From Synechococcus sp. (GTDB lineage: Bacteria > Cyanobacteriota > Cyanobacteriia > Thermostichales > PCC-7336), in the NCBI GenBank assembly GCA_051439605.1, contig JBFRWN010000142.1, positions 1-64,000 of the forward strand: DNA of 64,000 nt. The letters run 5' to 3'. Below are positions 26,926 through 38,594 of this stretch, in pieces. Numbering within the stretch: position 1 is the first letter of the stretch; each line of letters begins with the position of its first letter. The notes below the pieces were generated by a model that was given only the letters and a program-made list of their open reading frames with translations, searched no databases and had not been told where the DNA came from. The position numbers and the translations under genes are program-made.

Positions 26926-28788
26926 TTACACTTTCTCTAAAATATAGTTTTCCAGCGAGCGGGCGATCGCGACTGCTGTTCGTTGCTGGTGCTCAGGGGA
27001 GGAAATAAGTTCAAATTCCTGAGGGTTAATGGCAAAGCCTAACTCCAGCAAGACCGAGGGACAGGTGCTAGCCCGAATAACCGCGAAACTGGAAAAGAAA
27101 TGACCGTAGTCTGGCTGTCCTAACTCACGTGCAAGATCGAGATGGAGCGCGGTAGCCAGAGGTTGGCTGTGGGGAAAATACCAAAAACTACCAATGCCGC
27201 TGGTGTTTTCGGCATCGCCATTATCCGGAAGGGCGTTGTAGTGCAGGCTGACAAATAGGTGCGGCTCCTCCTCCGTCTGTATCTTGGCGCGATCGGCTAA
27301 GGGCACAAACGAATCGTCAGTGCGGGTCATCAGCACCTCTGCCCCCCGCTGACGCAACAGATCTGCTAACTGCTGAGACAGGAGCATCACCAAGTCTTTT
27401 TCGGGAACACCGTTGGGCCCCCGCGTTCCTAAATCTTGCACACCACCGTGGCCAGGATCGATCGCCACCTTCAACCCCTGCAACGGTGCACTAGCATCCA
27501 CATTAGGGCTATGACGGACCCGCAACACCAGGGTCGTGCCCTCGTAATTGACGTCATACCCCCAGGCATAATCTCGCGTCAGATGCAAAATGTACCGGAC
27601 GCGATCTTCACTGAGCTGCGACCAACTCACCGTTTTCACCAAAGGATTTTCTGGGTCGAGCTTAAAAAAGTCCGTCTGCAGCTGGGCCCCATCCACATCC
27701 AAAACAATGCGCCCCGGCTCCTCCATGACGTTGTAAGGCAAACGCACGGTCATGGGCAGGTGTAGCTCCGTCCACTCACCGCGACGACGCAATTCGGTAC
27801 TGCCAATACCACTTGAAGGAGGCTCGGGAGCCGCAACAATATCCGCCTGCGAGCTGGCAATCCAGCGTTCGGAAGCTGTGTGCAACCAATCATTTTCCCG
27901 ACCCACAATGGCCGATTGCGTGCCTTTGGGCCAAGGGGAGTAGCGAATGTAGTTGCTATTGGGGCCGTTGCGGGCGATCGCGTTGTCAGTATTGGCTTGT
28001 GCCACCAGGATCGTGTTTAGGTCGAGAACCCTCAGGGGAGCTGTGGGCTTTACAACCTGGATACCCTCAAACTCCAAAATTAGCTGAGGAATCGTTTCCT
28101 TGCCTGCCAGATCGGGAGAAAGTTGAGCACAGCCCCGATATTGACCCAGCTGAGCCAGCACACTGGCCGCGGCTGGCCCCGTCAAAATGGCATTGGCTGC
28201 AGGCAATGCCGCTTGACTGGTTTGCTCGCGTAAAGGAACCGTTTCCCCCCATAGCTGAACGGTCACAGTGGCATCGGGGGTACCGATGGCCTCGAAACAA
28301 GCAATGTCCCCAGGCGATTTCCACAGTTCCGTGCTGGGATGAATGGTGTCTTCCAAGATGTTGGCCACCACTGGTGCCGTCCGCACCGGACTGCGGCGGG
28401 TGACTTCACGGGTGAACTGCTGGGTTTGGCCGGTGGAGGAGCGAAGACCAATCGTAAAGCGGTTCTCCCCGATCGCCAAAGGAAAGCTGGGGGCAAAGTG
28501 CCCGGCTGGACTGCGGCGCACTGTTTGACCGTTAATGGTGACCTGGGTATCGGCCGGCGCACTGCCAATCATGAAAATAGAAGGGGCCAGGGTGGTGTGC
28601 CCCTCAGGAGGATACACAATCGGATCGGTCTGAGTGGGAGAGACCTGAGTGGCAGGGACCGGCGGATCTGTCTGAGCTGTAGTGAAGGAGGAGAACAACA
28701 ACCCAACCAGCACCACAGCGAGGGCTACCAGCCACATCTGCAATTGTCGACTTCGAGCTACTGGCCAAACCTTGTCTTTTTTCATCAC
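26926..28788 (-). CDS. N-acetylmuramoyl-L-alanine amidase (Amidase_3, AMIN-like domain)
   Basis: Signal/TM N-terminus; IDPGHGG, PEKD, SLHYNA, LLELGF zinc/catalytic motifs. Confidence 0.9.
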   Translation of the reverse strand: MMKKDKVWPVARSRQLQMWLVALAVVLVGLLFSSFTTAQTDPPVPATQVSPTQTDPIVYPPEGHTTLAPSIFMIGSAPADTQVTINGQTVRRSPAGHFAPSFPLAIGENRFTIGLRSSTGQTQQFTREVTRRSPVRTAPVVANILEDTIHPSTELWKSPGDIACFEAIGTPDATVTVQLWGETVPLREQTSQAALPAANAILTGPAAASVLAQLGQYRGCAQLSPDLAGKETIPQLILEFEGIQVVKPTAPLRVLDLNTILVAQANTDNAIARNGPNSNYIRYSPWPKGTQSAIVGRENDWLHTASERWIASSQADIVAAPEPPSSGIGSTELRRRGEWTELHLPMTVRLPYNVMEEPGRIVLDVDGAQLQTDFFKLDPENPLVKTVSWSQLSEDRVRYILHLTRDYAWGYDVNYEGTTLVLRVRHSPNVDASAPLQGLKVAIDPGHGGVQDLGTRGPNGVPEKDLVMLLSQQLADLLRQRGAEVLMTRTDDSFVPLADRAKIQTEEEPHLFVSLHYNALPDNGDAENTSGIGSFWYFPHSQPLATALHLDLARELGQPDYGHFFSSFAVIRASTCPSVLLELGFAINPQEFELISSPEHQQRTAVAIARSLENYILEKV

Positions 28789-28912
28789 CCAGCATCACCT
28801 TTATGCCTTACTGGGTACGGTTTTAGCGCGATCTGAGGCAATCGGCTAGAGCACTAGAGATAGATTCTCGCCATCAGGCAACCGTCAAGTCGCTATATGC
28901 GCGCATGCTTCA

Positions 28913-30010
28913 CTAGCCGTTCAGTTGCACTCGAACGAGAGATACATCGTCTTTCCATCCATCACTGTGTGTGTGACGCACCCGCTCTAACCAGCTGGAT
29001 AAAACGCGATCGCTCGATTCCTGTTGGTGAGCTGCAACCAAAATTTGAGTTGAAGCATCGGATGGTTCCCCCGCTAGCAGTCCAGCACTATGGAGATAGA
29101 GCACGTTACTTGGCCCTACCTCAAGGGAAACTTGCTCGTACTGGGTGCTGTCGTCGCTGCCAAGAGCTGGATAGGGCGTGTTGAGTGGCTGCAAGCCATC
29201 ACCGTCAAGCAAGAAGGCTGGTGGATGACCTGCGCTGGCATAGGTAGCGGTCATGTGATTGAGGTTGTACACCCCGTACCAAATACTTGTACGGCGAGCG
29301 CGTTCTCGCAAATAGTGATGTAAAGCCTGCAGCACCTGAGCTGGCTGGACAAAGTCAATATCCGCTAGCGATCGACTCTTAAGGAGATCCATCAACTTGG
29401 CCGCCTGCAAAGCCGACCCAATTCCATCCCCTTCTACATCCAGCATGAAGACAACAAATGTATCGTCATCTAGCCAGTATCCTTGAAAGCCATTCCCCCC
29501 TAAATGCGGTGTCGGGAGATATTCCCACGTCAGATCGATCCGGCCCGACATCGGCACGGGCAATAGCGATCGCACGTAATTTGCAGTTTCCGCCAACCCC
29601 ACTTCCAGAGCTTTAGTTTTCGCCTGTAACCCCCGCTTGAGTTCGTAGGAACGACAGCCGGTGCGAATGCGAGCCTGTAATTCTGCGACGTTGGGGGGCT
29701 TCGTCAAAAAGTCATCTGCACCAGCATCTAGGCCATGCACGAGATCCTCAACGGTATCGAACGCAGTCAGCAAAATAAAAAAGCTGGCCGAAAGTTGGGG
29801 GATGGCTTTCACTCGCCGACAGACCTCCGGCCCCGACAGACCAGGCATCATCCAATCGCAAATAATCGCCGCAGGTTTTAAGGCAATGGCTCGCTCTAGA
29901 CCCGTTCTACCGTCTGCTGCGATCGCCACTTCGTACCCCTGCTTTCGCAAAAGACGCTTCAGTGTGAGCTGAATTGTGATGTCATCATCAATCACCAAAA
30001 TTGTATGCAT
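28913..30010 (-). CDS. Response regulator with SpoIIE/PP2C-like output domain
   Basis: REC domain (IDDD, CDWMMP, LTA, GADDFLTKP) plus PP2C-like domain (SAGHPP, DDVS). Confidence 0.85.
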   Translation of the reverse strand: MHTILVIDDDITIQLTLKRLLRKQGYEVAIAADGRTGLERAIALKPAAIICDWMMPGLSGPEVCRRVKAIPQLSASFFILLTAFDTVEDLVHGLDAGADDFLTKPPNVAELQARIRTGCRSYELKRGLQAKTKALEVGLAETANYVRSLLPVPMSGRIDLTWEYLPTPHLGGNGFQGYWLDDDTFVVFMLDVEGDGIGSALQAAKLMDLLKSRSLADIDFVQPAQVLQALHHYLRERARRTSIWYGVYNLNHMTATYASAGHPPAFLLDGDGLQPLNTPYPALGSDDSTQYEQVSLEVGPSNVLYLHSAGLLAGEPSDASTQILVAAHQQESSDRVLSSWLERVRHTHSDGWKDDVSLVRVQLNG

Positions 30011-30212
30011 GTCCCAGCAAAACTCTAGATCGGTGCGTTAAACACTGTACTGTCCCAAAAAAAAATGCTGCAGCGACACACTATCGAACAGCATTTTAAA
30101 ACGGATGAATAGTGCCAATAACCGTACGGATGGATCGGAAAATCGTTCCAGAATTCACCCCAACAGTCACCGACTCGGGTATCGGCAGCCATTTTGGTTA
30201 CAGGCTTTGTGG

Positions 30213-30626
30213 CTAGGCAGCCATTTCACCGTTGTCACCATCGTTGGACATTGAGTCTGGCTCGGAAGTCACTGAAGAATCGTCAAGGGTGTACACGGTC
30301 GAGGAAGGTTTACGGTAGTCGACAATCTTCCCGCGAATTGCTTGAATCAATTGGTCGGTTTTCTCGTTTAAGTTTTTTTCGTAATACAGCGCATTTGCTT
30401 GCTTACCTAGCTCTACTGCCTGGGTGCCAGTTTCATTTAGCCAACGGAACAGTGCGACCGAAGACTTGCCCGTGAAGTAAACAATCAACGCCACGATGTC
30501 AATGACACCAGCAACATATTCCGTTGTTTTAGAAACCGCTTCAGCATAGGCCGGATCGGCTTTATAGTCCCAGAGATCCTGGGTTGTGCTGACAATAATG
30601 TTTCCGCCTTTTCCGTCTTCGCTCAT
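30213..30626 (-). CDS. Hypothetical protein
   Basis: ORF with ATG at 30626 and one hydrophobic segment. Confidence 0.55.
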   Translation of the reverse strand: MSEDGKGGNIIVSTTQDLWDYKADPAYAEAVSKTTEYVAGVIDIVALIVYFTGKSSVALFRWLNETGTQAVELGKQANALYYEKNLNEKTDQLIQAIRGKIVDYRKPSSTVYTLDDSSVTSEPDSMSNDGDNGEMAA

Positions 30627-31030
30627 TACGCGCCTCAACAATCACTCTGTTACAGCTTGATTCCTAGTCTTTTTCCCATCTTCTCCGACCCATGCAGTTC
30701 GGGCAATGGGCGGGGTAGACCTCGACAGAGGTATCAATAGTGATATCCCTGAAATTGAGGGTTACATTACACATGGGTAATGTCCCCCCCCGTAGCACCC
30801 AAATTCTAACGTGGTCATGAAGAATGACACCAACAATAAGCTCAAGATCTACGGTGTTTCTATTATCCAAGGAATTTAACAATACGGCGATTTCCTGAAG
30901 GATGCCTGAAGATTTACCCAAGATTCTCTTTACGAATATTCAGGAGGGCAGGTGCTGGGATTGTTTTACTAAAAAGGTACGCAACTCCACTCCGTACGAT
31001 CGCTGCCCTTCCTTGTTGGGGCAGCATTTT

Positions 31031-34000
31031 CTAGCCCCTAGGCATAGTTGCATGGGTTTCTGGGCCCCACCCCCCTCCCCCAGGGGTGGCAATCTCGATG
31101 ATGTCTCCAGGCTGAACTTCCACGCGATCGCAACTGCGCAACACCTCGGCCGTGCCATCGTGCCTGATTAAGCGCGTCCGCCCCACAGAACCATTCCCTC
31201 CACCCGCCAAACCCGGAGGCTCTACTAAGCGATGCCCAGAGAGGATGCCTGCTGTAGCTGGCTGCAAAAACTTCAGTTTGCGCAAGACTCCATTTCCTCC
31301 GCAAAAATGACCCTGACCTCCGCTATGTAGTCGGATGGAAAACTCTTGCAACAGGACCGGAAAACGCCATTCCAACACTTCCGGATCGGTTAGCCGCGAA
31401 TTGGTCATGTGGGTTTGAACGGCATCGGTACCATGAAAGGTAGGGCCTGCGCCAGAACCGCCGCAGATGGTCTCGTAATACTGGAACTGATCGCTGCCAA
31501 ACGTGAAGTTATTCATAGTTCCCTGTCCTGCAGCCATCACCCCGAGTGCGCCGTAGAGGGCATTGACGATCGCTTGCGAGGTTTCTACATTGCCCGCCAC
31601 CACAGCAGCCGGATAGTGGGGATTAAGCATGCAGCCTTCTGGAATAAGTAATTTTAAGGGGGTTAGGCATCCGGCATTGAGGGGAATATCGTCGTCCACC
31701 AGAGTGCGGAAAACATACAGCACGGCAGCTTTGGTGACCGCAAGGGGGGTATTGAAGTTGGTAGGTAATTGGGGGGAAGTACCGGTGAAATCAATTTGGG
31801 CCGATCTTGTGGAAGCATCCAGCTTCACTTGTACTCGGATCCTAGCGCCGCCATCCATCGGGTAAACATATGGTGGAAAAATATGGGTTGGAACTGCGCC
31901 ATCACTTTGCTGTTCCTGTTGGTGTTGAACAGCTTGGTTTGGCAAATTTTGGGCCACCAAGGTAGCGATCGCTCTTCGCACGGATTCTTCTGCGTTGGCT
32001 TGCACGTGGCCCATATAGACCTGCACGATGGAGAGGCCCAATTGCTCGATCGTGCGTTGCAATTCCTGTGCCCCTCGTTTGTTAGCGGCAATTTGGGCTT
32101 GTATATCCGCCAGGTTTTGGGCGGGATTGCGGGCGGGGTAGGGACCGGATGCAAGTTTCTCCAGCAGCTCCTCCTCGCGAAACTCCCCCCGAGATACCAG
32201 CAGAAAGTTATCCAGCAAAATTCCTTCTTGGTCAACGGAGGTGCTGTCCGGGGGCATAGAACCGGGGGTGGTGCCCCCAATGTCGGCATGATGCCCGCGG
32301 GAGGCCACATAGAACAGAACGGATATCCCTTCCGCATCAAAGATAGGACTAATGACAGTGATGTCGGGGAGGTGGGTGCCACCGTTGTAGGGGTTGTTGA
32401 GCAGATAGACATCTCCTGGCTGGAGAAGATGGCCCTTGGCCCGCATCAGGCTTTGGACGCTCTCGCTCATGGAGCCCAGGTGCACGGGGATGTGGGGAGC
32501 ATTAGCCACCAATTGCCCTTTTTCATCAAATAGAGCACAGGAAAAATCCAGTCGCTCCTTGATATTGACGGAGGAGCTGGTGTTTTGCAGGGCAATTCCC
32601 ATTTCTTCGGCGATCGCCCGAAACACATTGTTGAAGATTTCTAGCAGAACAGGATCGGGGGAGTTGTCGCTGGTTGCCGCGTCGATGGCTTTGAAGGGGA
32701 CTAATGCGGGATCAATGGCTGTGGGGAATTCAGCAGGTTGCCGGATATCTCTAGAGAATACGCTCGCGCGAGGCCGCTGTTCGGTTTTGCCGAGCGTCCG
32801 GGTCAATAGGAGGTCTAGCCGCTCGCTTGCGGTAGCCTGCCAATCCGCTTCGATAACGTTGGTCCCTGCAGCTTCCAAAACGATAGCTGGCCCATCAATC
32901 GTGTCTCCAGGCCGCAGATGCTCTCTGCGGTAAACCGGTGTCTCTTGCCATGACCCTTGGAAAAAAACTGGGACATTGGCGATGGGTTCTAGACTATTCC
33001 CATCGCGGCGTGGGGTAGCAGTGGGCTGGTGTAGGGGTGGCATCCGTCCGACAGACTCTACAGAAAGAGATTCCACGACTAAGGCCTTCTCTGACATCAC
33101 AAACCCGTAGCGCTCTAGATGTAACTGCTCGAACTGCGATCGCATTTCTGCCACACCACCGCAGTCCACCAACAAGGGGATGTCGGTGCCCGCATATTTC
33201 ACTCTTGCTTTGGGGAGAACTTCAATTTGGTGGGTCTCCACCCCCTCTGCCAGCAATTCCTGTCGACCTGACTGGGTTAGCTGCTGCACCTCTGCATCCA
33301 TCTGCGGGATCCACTCGGGGCGAAGTTCCTCTTCAATCGCCTTTTCCCGCAGCACTCGTAAATCCGCTAACCCCATGCCATAAGCTGACAAAACGCCGGC
33401 ATAGGGGTGAATGGTAATCTGCGGAATTCCCAATGCAGAGGCAATCGCACAGGCATGTTGCCCCCCCGCTCCGCCAAAGGAGCAGAGCACGTAGTCCGCT
33501 AGGTTATGGCCCCGCTGAATTGATATCTTTTTGATGGCATTGGCCATCTTCTCGACAGCAATGGCCAAGAATCCGGCAGCCACTTCTTCAGGTGAGCGAT
33601 CGTTGCCCGTCTCTTTTCGAATTTTATTAGCCATCTCGGCAAATCGCTGCCGTACAGTGTCCGCGTCCAGTGGCAAATCCCCGTCGGACCCGAAAACCTG
33701 CGGGAAAAACTGCGGCTGCAGCTTGCCCAGCATGACATTGGCATCCGTTACCGTCAGCGGTCCGCCATTGCGATAGCAGGCAGGCCCCGGATAGGCTCCG
33801 GCTGATGTTGGCCCCACGCGATAGCGAGAGCCGTCAAAAGCCAAGATAGATCCCCCCCCAGCGGCAATGGTGTGGATTGACATAACTGGAGCCCGCAATC
33901 GCACACCTGCAATTTCAGTTTCAAAGGCCCGCTCGTATACGCCACGGTAATGGGAGACATCGGTTGAGGTTCCCCCCATGTCGAACCCAATCACCCGCTG

Positions 34001-34855
34001 GAACCCAGCCATTTCGCAGGTTTTAACGGCCCCCACCACACCTCCCGCAGGACCCGATAAAATACTGTCTTTGCCGCGAAACCAACGAGCATCGGCCAAC
34101 CCTCCACTAGACTGCATAAACAACAATCGCGCTTTCCCCAACTCCCGAGCAACGCGATCGACATACCGCCGCAGTATGGGGGAGAGATAAGCATCAACAA
34201 CCGTCGTATCCCCCCGGCTAACGAGCTTCATCAGTGGGCTGACCTCGTAGGATGCGGAGATTTGGGTAAACCCAATCTCTTCGGCGATGGCTGCTACCCT
34301 CTGCTCGTGAGTGGGATAGCGATACCCATGCATGCAGGCGATCGCAATCGACCGTATCCCCGCCTCGTAAGCCTGCTGCAGCCGCTGTCGCGTCTCTTCC
34401 TCATGCAACGGTTGGAGCGTTTCTCCTCGAGCCAAAATGCGCTCGGGAATTTCCACCACCTGTTCGTACAGCATCTCGGGTAACACAATTTCCCGAGCGA
34501 AGATATCCGGACGATGTTGATAACCAATTCTGAGGACGTCCCGAAAGCCCTGGGTAACCGCAAACACCGTCCGATCGCCCTGACGTTCTAAAAGGGCATT
34601 TGTAGCTACCGTCGTGCCCATCTTGACCGCATCAATGCATTCGGTAGGAATGGGTTGCCTTGATTCCAGCCCCAGACAATCGCGGATTCCCTGTAGAGCT
34701 GCATCGCTGTAGCGATCGGGGTTTTCTGACAGCAGTTTGCGTAACTGTATCGTCCCGTCAGGCTGCTGGGCCACGATATCGGTGAAGGTGCCGCCGCGAT
34801 CGATCCAAAATTGCCAGCCACGGTCTGGGTTAGAGGCAGAGATATTTACCGTCAT
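31031..34855 (-). CDS. 5-oxoprolinase (ATP-hydrolysing), fused hydantoinase A/B
   Basis: [61 protein letters not shown]; probable ATG at 34855. Confidence 0.93.
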   Translation of the reverse strand: MTVNISASNPDRGWQFWIDRGGTFTDIVAQQPDGTIQLRKLLSENPDRYSDAALQGIRDCLGLESRQPIPTECIDAVKMGTTVATNALLERQGDRTVFAVTQGFRDVLRIGYQHRPDIFAREIVLPEMLYEQVVEIPERILARGETLQPLHEEETRQRLQQAYEAGIRSIAIACMHGYRYPTHEQRVAAIAEEIGFTQISASYEVSPLMKLVSRGDTTVVDAYLSPILRRYVDRVARELGKARLLFMQSSGGLADARWFRGKDSILSGPAGGVVGAVKTCEMAGFQRVIGFDMGGTSTDVSHYRGVYERAFETEIAGVRLRAPVMSIHTIAAGGGSILAFDGSRYRVGPTSAGAYPGPACYRNGGPLTVTDANVMLGKLQPQFFPQVFGSDGDLPLDADTVRQRFAEMANKIRKETGNDRSPEEVAAGFLAIAVEKMANAIKKISIQRGHNLADYVLCSFGGAGGQHACAIASALGIPQITIHPYAGVLSAYGMGLADLRVLREKAIEEELRPEWIPQMDAEVQQLTQSGRQELLAEGVETHQIEVLPKARVKYAGTDIPLLVDCGGVAEMRSQFEQLHLERYGFVMSEKALVVESLSVESVGRMPPLHQPTATPRRDGNSLEPIANVPVFFQGSWQETPVYRREHLRPGDTIDGPAIVLEAAGTNVIEADWQATASERLDLLLTRTLGKTEQRPRASVFSRDIRQPAEFPTAIDPALVPFKAIDAATSDNSPDPVLLEIFNNVFRAIAEEMGIALQNTSSSVNIKERLDFSCALFDEKGQLVANAPHIPVHLGSMSESVQSLMRAKGHLLQPGDVYLLNNPYNGGTHLPDITVISPIFDAEGISVLFYVASRGHHADIGGTTPGSMPPDSTSVDQEGILLDNFLLVSRGEFREEELLEKLASGPYPARNPAQNLADIQAQIAANKRGAQELQRTIEQLGLSIVQVYMGHVQANAEESVRRAIATLVAQNLPNQAVQHQQEQQSDGAVPTHIFPPYVYPMDGGARIRVQVKLDASTRSAQIDFTGTSPQLPTNFNTPLAVTKAAVLYVFRTLVDDDIPLNAGCLTPLKLLIPEGCMLNPHYPAAVVAGNVETSQAIVNALYGALGVMAAGQGTMNNFTFGSDQFQYYETICGGSGAGPTFHGTDAVQTHMTNSRLTDPEVLEWRFPVLLQEFSIRLHSGGQGHFCGGNGVLRKLKFLQPATAGILSGHRLVEPPGLAGGGNGSVGRTRLIRHDGTAEVLRSCDRVEVQPGDIIEIATPGGGGWGPETHATMPRG

Positions 34856-35478
34856 ATCCAATTGGGTTAGATGCTGAACCTGTCGAAGAGCCCTATCCAT
34901 CAGGGTAACGGTTGGGAGAAGAGGGACTCGCTTTTTGGCCGATCGTTCAGTCAAGATTGTGAATTAAGTCCAGCCTTGGAGTATGAAACCGTGCCAGATC
35001 CACAGGGTCTTCAAGGTCCCTAGCCGATAAAAAGGGGAGGACGGACAATTTTACCCATCAGGCAAAACACCCTAGGGTTCCCCCGTAGCCATAGCATGGT
35101 TGACTTCCCCCCTCCTTAGAAATACGGATTACTGATATCCGTAGACACGCGGTTCACAATGGGCTGCAACGCCCAGTTCAATAGGTACAGTCCTGAGCAA
35201 TACATCAGAACTCTGCCATCCACTGTCCGACATCGGCGACATTCTCGCTCCATTTCGCTATCCCCAGCCCTCTTTTATCTGTTGTACAGCTATTGCTAGC
35301 CAATGCTTCTGCCTTAATCAGCACCGAACTAAACCTCGATCGCATACGCTTCACACAACCATCTCACTTCATCTGAAATAAATAATTTTGATGGGGAAAA
35401 TCCCCGTCTAGATTCACAACTGATTCACATTCAATCTTTAGATTAGGAGCTGTCAGAGAACAGATTCGGTGACGGGCA

Positions 35479-35673
35479 ATGACCATCAAGCAACTTGTTG
35501 AGCAAACCTTCCTTGACTCCATTTTGACCACAGAGGTAGAAGAGCGAATCAACTTGCTGTTGTGGAGTAATCAGTTTGATACCGAAGATATTTCTGCGTT
35601 AGACGAGTTAGTCGTTGCCCTACAACTTAACGAGATCTCCGTTCCCAATTACAGTGCCTACGTTTCTGCTTAA
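35479..35673 (+). CDS. Small conserved cyanobacterial hypothetical protein
   Basis: The MTIKQLVEQ...LT.EVE..I..LL...ED..AL..L pattern resembles a common small cyanobacterial family. Confidence 0.6.
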   Translation: MTIKQLVEQTFLDSILTTEVEERINLLLWSNQFDTEDISALDELVVALQLNEISVPNYSAYVSA

Positions 35674-36027
35674 AGCTTTGCGTTCAGTTGGATACCAGAG
35701 ATGAATTGTTGAATTCTCCTCCTGATGACTCTCGTGTGCTGTATGTCTTCCCCTGCTTCGTAGGGGATTTTTTTGAACTCTTGCGATCGTATACGGCTAA
35801 GTTTCACCCGTTATACTATCTAGCCTCATCTAAACAAGTAGCACAGGTATCTAAACTGATGCCGATTTGCAGGCAGAATAACTCCACGCATTATCCTGTG
35901 GCCCCATCTGACGGCTGCCATCCAGTGAAATTTCACGATTTGACAGCGATCGGCATCACAAGAGTATGGTTTCTCAAGCCCCAGGTTTTATGATGTTGGA
36001 ACGCTATGCTGCTATGGCAGCTAGGCA

Positions 36028-36702
36028 ATGTTTCGAGCCCATCGTATGACTGCACCCATTGCTTCCCCTTCCCTCGAGATACTGGCTGAAATTGATTCCT
36101 TTGCTTATGACGAGAAAGGACTGATTCCGGCAGTTATTCAGGATTATCTTGACGGCACCGTATTAATGGTTGCCTGGATGAATCGGGAATCACTGAGAAA
36201 AACGCTTGAAAGTGGGGACACTTGGTTTTGGAGTCGGTCCCGGAAACAGCTTTGGCATAAAGGAGCGACATCCGGGCACACTCAACACGTACGGGAACTT
36301 CGATACGACTGCGATCGCGACACGCTTTTGGTGTTGGTTGAGCAACAGGGGGATGTTGCCTGCCATACAGGGGAACGGAGTTGCTTTTTCACCCCTTTGC
36401 ATTCGGTTTCTGAAGTTGCCGCTGCTGCGGACACCCTTTCACAAGTATTTGCCGTCATTAAAGATCGTCAAGCTCATCCCCAACCTGATTCCTACACGAA
36501 TCAGTTGTTTGCAAAGGGCGATAACGGCATATTGAAAAAAATCGGAGAGGAAGCCGCAGAGGTCGTCATGGCTGCAAAGGATGACGACGCTGACGCTCTA
36601 GCGGGCGAAGTTGCTGACCTCTGGTACCACTGTCTCGTTACACTGGCCCACCACCAAGTTGATATTAAGGATGTCTATCGCAAGCTCCAAACCCGCCGCT
36701 AA
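36028..36702 (+). CDS. hisIE: Bifunctional phosphoribosyl-AMP cyclohydrolase / phosphoribosyl-ATP pyrophosphatase
   Basis: [52 protein letters not shown]. Confidence 0.95.
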   Translation: MFRAHRMTAPIASPSLEILAEIDSFAYDEKGLIPAVIQDYLDGTVLMVAWMNRESLRKTLESGDTWFWSRSRKQLWHKGATSGHTQHVRELRYDCDRDTLLVLVEQQGDVACHTGERSCFFTPLHSVSEVAAAADTLSQVFAVIKDRQAHPQPDSYTNQLFAKGDNGILKKIGEEAAEVVMAAKDDDADALAGEVADLWYHCLVTLAHHQVDIKDVYRKLQTRR

Positions 36703-36712
36703 CAACGCTTCC

Positions 36713-37282
36713 ATGGCAAACGCCGTAAAAGAGGAAAAGCAGAGCCGCATGCACCTAAGGGTGTATGCCAATCAAGCTGGGGAAGTGGATATGTCTACCC
36801 CACTTGCCCCATTATCGGACTATCTTCGCCAGCACGAGCAGTGGATTGAAACGTGCTTTCAACCCCTTAAGGTCACTCCCCTATCAACCGATTCCTACAT
36901 GCTCAAGTTTTTCCGCATGGGAGCCTTGGGATTCGACTTAGAGCCCTGCTTTGGGATTCAGATTGGCTCTAAAGGCGATCGCCTGTTCTACCTTCATTCC
37001 ATCCCGTTATCTGGTGATAGCGATCTACCCTACACCGTCGACTGCACCTCAGAATTCCGGTTAGATGAAGTGGGTGGTCAGGATGGCCCCACCACCCGCG
37101 TCTACTGGACGTTACATCTCGATATCGAGGTCGAGCTCCCTCGTTTTCTTCAAGTTCTGCCCCGCAATCGGGTCCGGTCTGTGGCGGAGGCATTGGTCAA
37201 CCAAGTGGCTCGCCGCATGTGCAACCGCCTGACTCAAAATATTTGCCAAGACTATGACGGTTGGCGAGACGCGAACTTCTAA
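36713..37282 (+). CDS. DUF1997 family protein
   Basis: DYLRQHEQWIETCFQPL...GALGFDLEP...W.L.L...LP.FL pattern; lies directly after hisIE. Confidence 0.65.
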   Translation: MANAVKEEKQSRMHLRVYANQAGEVDMSTPLAPLSDYLRQHEQWIETCFQPLKVTPLSTDSYMLKFFRMGALGFDLEPCFGIQIGSKGDRLFYLHSIPLSGDSDLPYTVDCTSEFRLDEVGGQDGPTTRVYWTLHLDIEVELPRFLQVLPRNRVRSVAEALVNQVARRMCNRLTQNICQDYDGWRDANF

Positions 37283-37306
37283 GACAAAGCAATAACACTT
37301 GCGAGT

Positions 37307-37756
37307 TCAAAACGCGCAGGATTTGGGCAGTGGGGGCTGGTCGGCCAATTGAAGAGCAAAATCTGCCTCAAGGGCGATCGCGGAGAAGCCATCGTCGATG
37401 CTGCCGCTGAAGGCATGGGGGCTGTAGCCGTCTGGATGCATGTGGATGCGGACTATGAGGGGTTCATTTCCCGCTACGTCTACGGGACCACCAGAGCGAG
37501 TGAAGGGTTGTTCGTTGACATGGCTGTGTAATAGAACTCGACGATAAAGAAGTTTGCCTTCGGGGGTAATGACTTCCCACCAATCGGCATAGCGATCGCA
37601 GCCGGTGTCGGGACTGCTGATGGTGACGGAGAAGCTTGTCCCGGAGGTGGTGACGCCTAGGACTTTCGCTTCGGAGGCAGCGGAGACGGGTTGAGTCATG
37701 GGAGCGAGACAAAGCAGGGAGATAAATAGGAGTCGACCGAGATTATTCGGCGTCAT
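37307..37756 (-). CDS. Secreted conserved hypothetical protein
   Basis: Signal peptide; SPDTGCDRYADWWEV...RVLLHSHVNEQPFTRSGGP. Confidence 0.7.
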   Translation of the reverse strand: MTPNNLGRLLFISLLCLAPMTQPVSAASEAKVLGVTTSGTSFSVTISSPDTGCDRYADWWEVITPEGKLLYRRVLLHSHVNEQPFTRSGGPVDVAGNEPLIVRIHMHPDGYSPHAFSGSIDDGFSAIALEADFALQLADQPPLPKSCAF

Positions 37757-37936
37757 GGGAGCGGGTTGAGTCTGGGACTGTATGAGGATAGCTAATTTTT
37801 TTCTTTGAGAAGTTGACCTCTGCTGCGGCCTATTGTTGCAATTGGGCAAGTCGGCACTGACTGGTAGGTCAAGCAATTGAACAACTTGTACGGTTTCGTC
37901 AACGCAATCGACAGGGTAAGCCCGAGCCCCAGAGAG

Positions 37937-38392
37937 TTAACTGGTACGATCCTCTTTTCCATCTGGCAAGATTGTCACCAATCCTCGAATTTCAAACTGG
38001 TACAAGATCCCGCCATCATCTGTCACATCAAACGTGCCATCAAACTCCCGCACACATCGATCCAAATAGGCCTTCGCCTCATCCCCCTCAACACGAGCTT
38101 CCATTGCCATCTGCAACACGCTCACCGAGCCGTCCCCAGACTTCACAAGCTGATAAAACACCTGCTGCAACCGAGCCTGCCGCTCCCGTAAATGTTGCTG
38201 TCTTAATCCCCATGCCAGCCAGCCTCCGGCCCCCAAGGCGGGAGCCCCAAAAATCATAAATGCTGGAATTGCGGACTTTCGAGTGAGTTCTTTCTCATCC
38301 AGAGACATTCCTACGGCGATCGCCCCTATCAACAACGCCCAAAACAGCAACACCCCCGATGCTGCTTTGCGAATGACCTTCATAACCCACAT
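37937..38392 (-). CDS. Two-TM hypothetical protein with wHTH-like C-terminus
   Basis: Two TM helices; C-terminal EAKAYLD...F...DDGGILYQF. Confidence 0.7.
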   Translation of the reverse strand: MWVMKVIRKAASGVLLFWALLIGAIAVGMSLDEKELTRKSAIPAFMIFGAPALGAGGWLAWGLRQQHLRERQARLQQVFYQLVKSGDGSVSVLQMAMEARVEGDEAKAYLDRCVREFDGTFDVTDDGGILYQFEIRGLVTILPDGKEDRTS

Positions 38393-38594
38393 CCACTCAT
38401 CATGAGGAAATTGTACTTCCGGGATTTTTCCGATTCCGAGTCAAATTAGCCAATCTCTCAATCAACAGAATCACGAGCAAGGAACCTGGGCAAGAGTGCC
38501 ACAGTTTTCCGTCTCATTTTCCACACCTCCCAGTGCGGCCCAAGTCCCACTCTCCATCGACAAGGTTAAACAAAACTCTTCAGACCGTTCACCC

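Noticed and set aside
31769..32933. Long plus-strand ORFs (254 and 165 aa)
   Set aside because: Antisense shadows of the oxoprolinase gene
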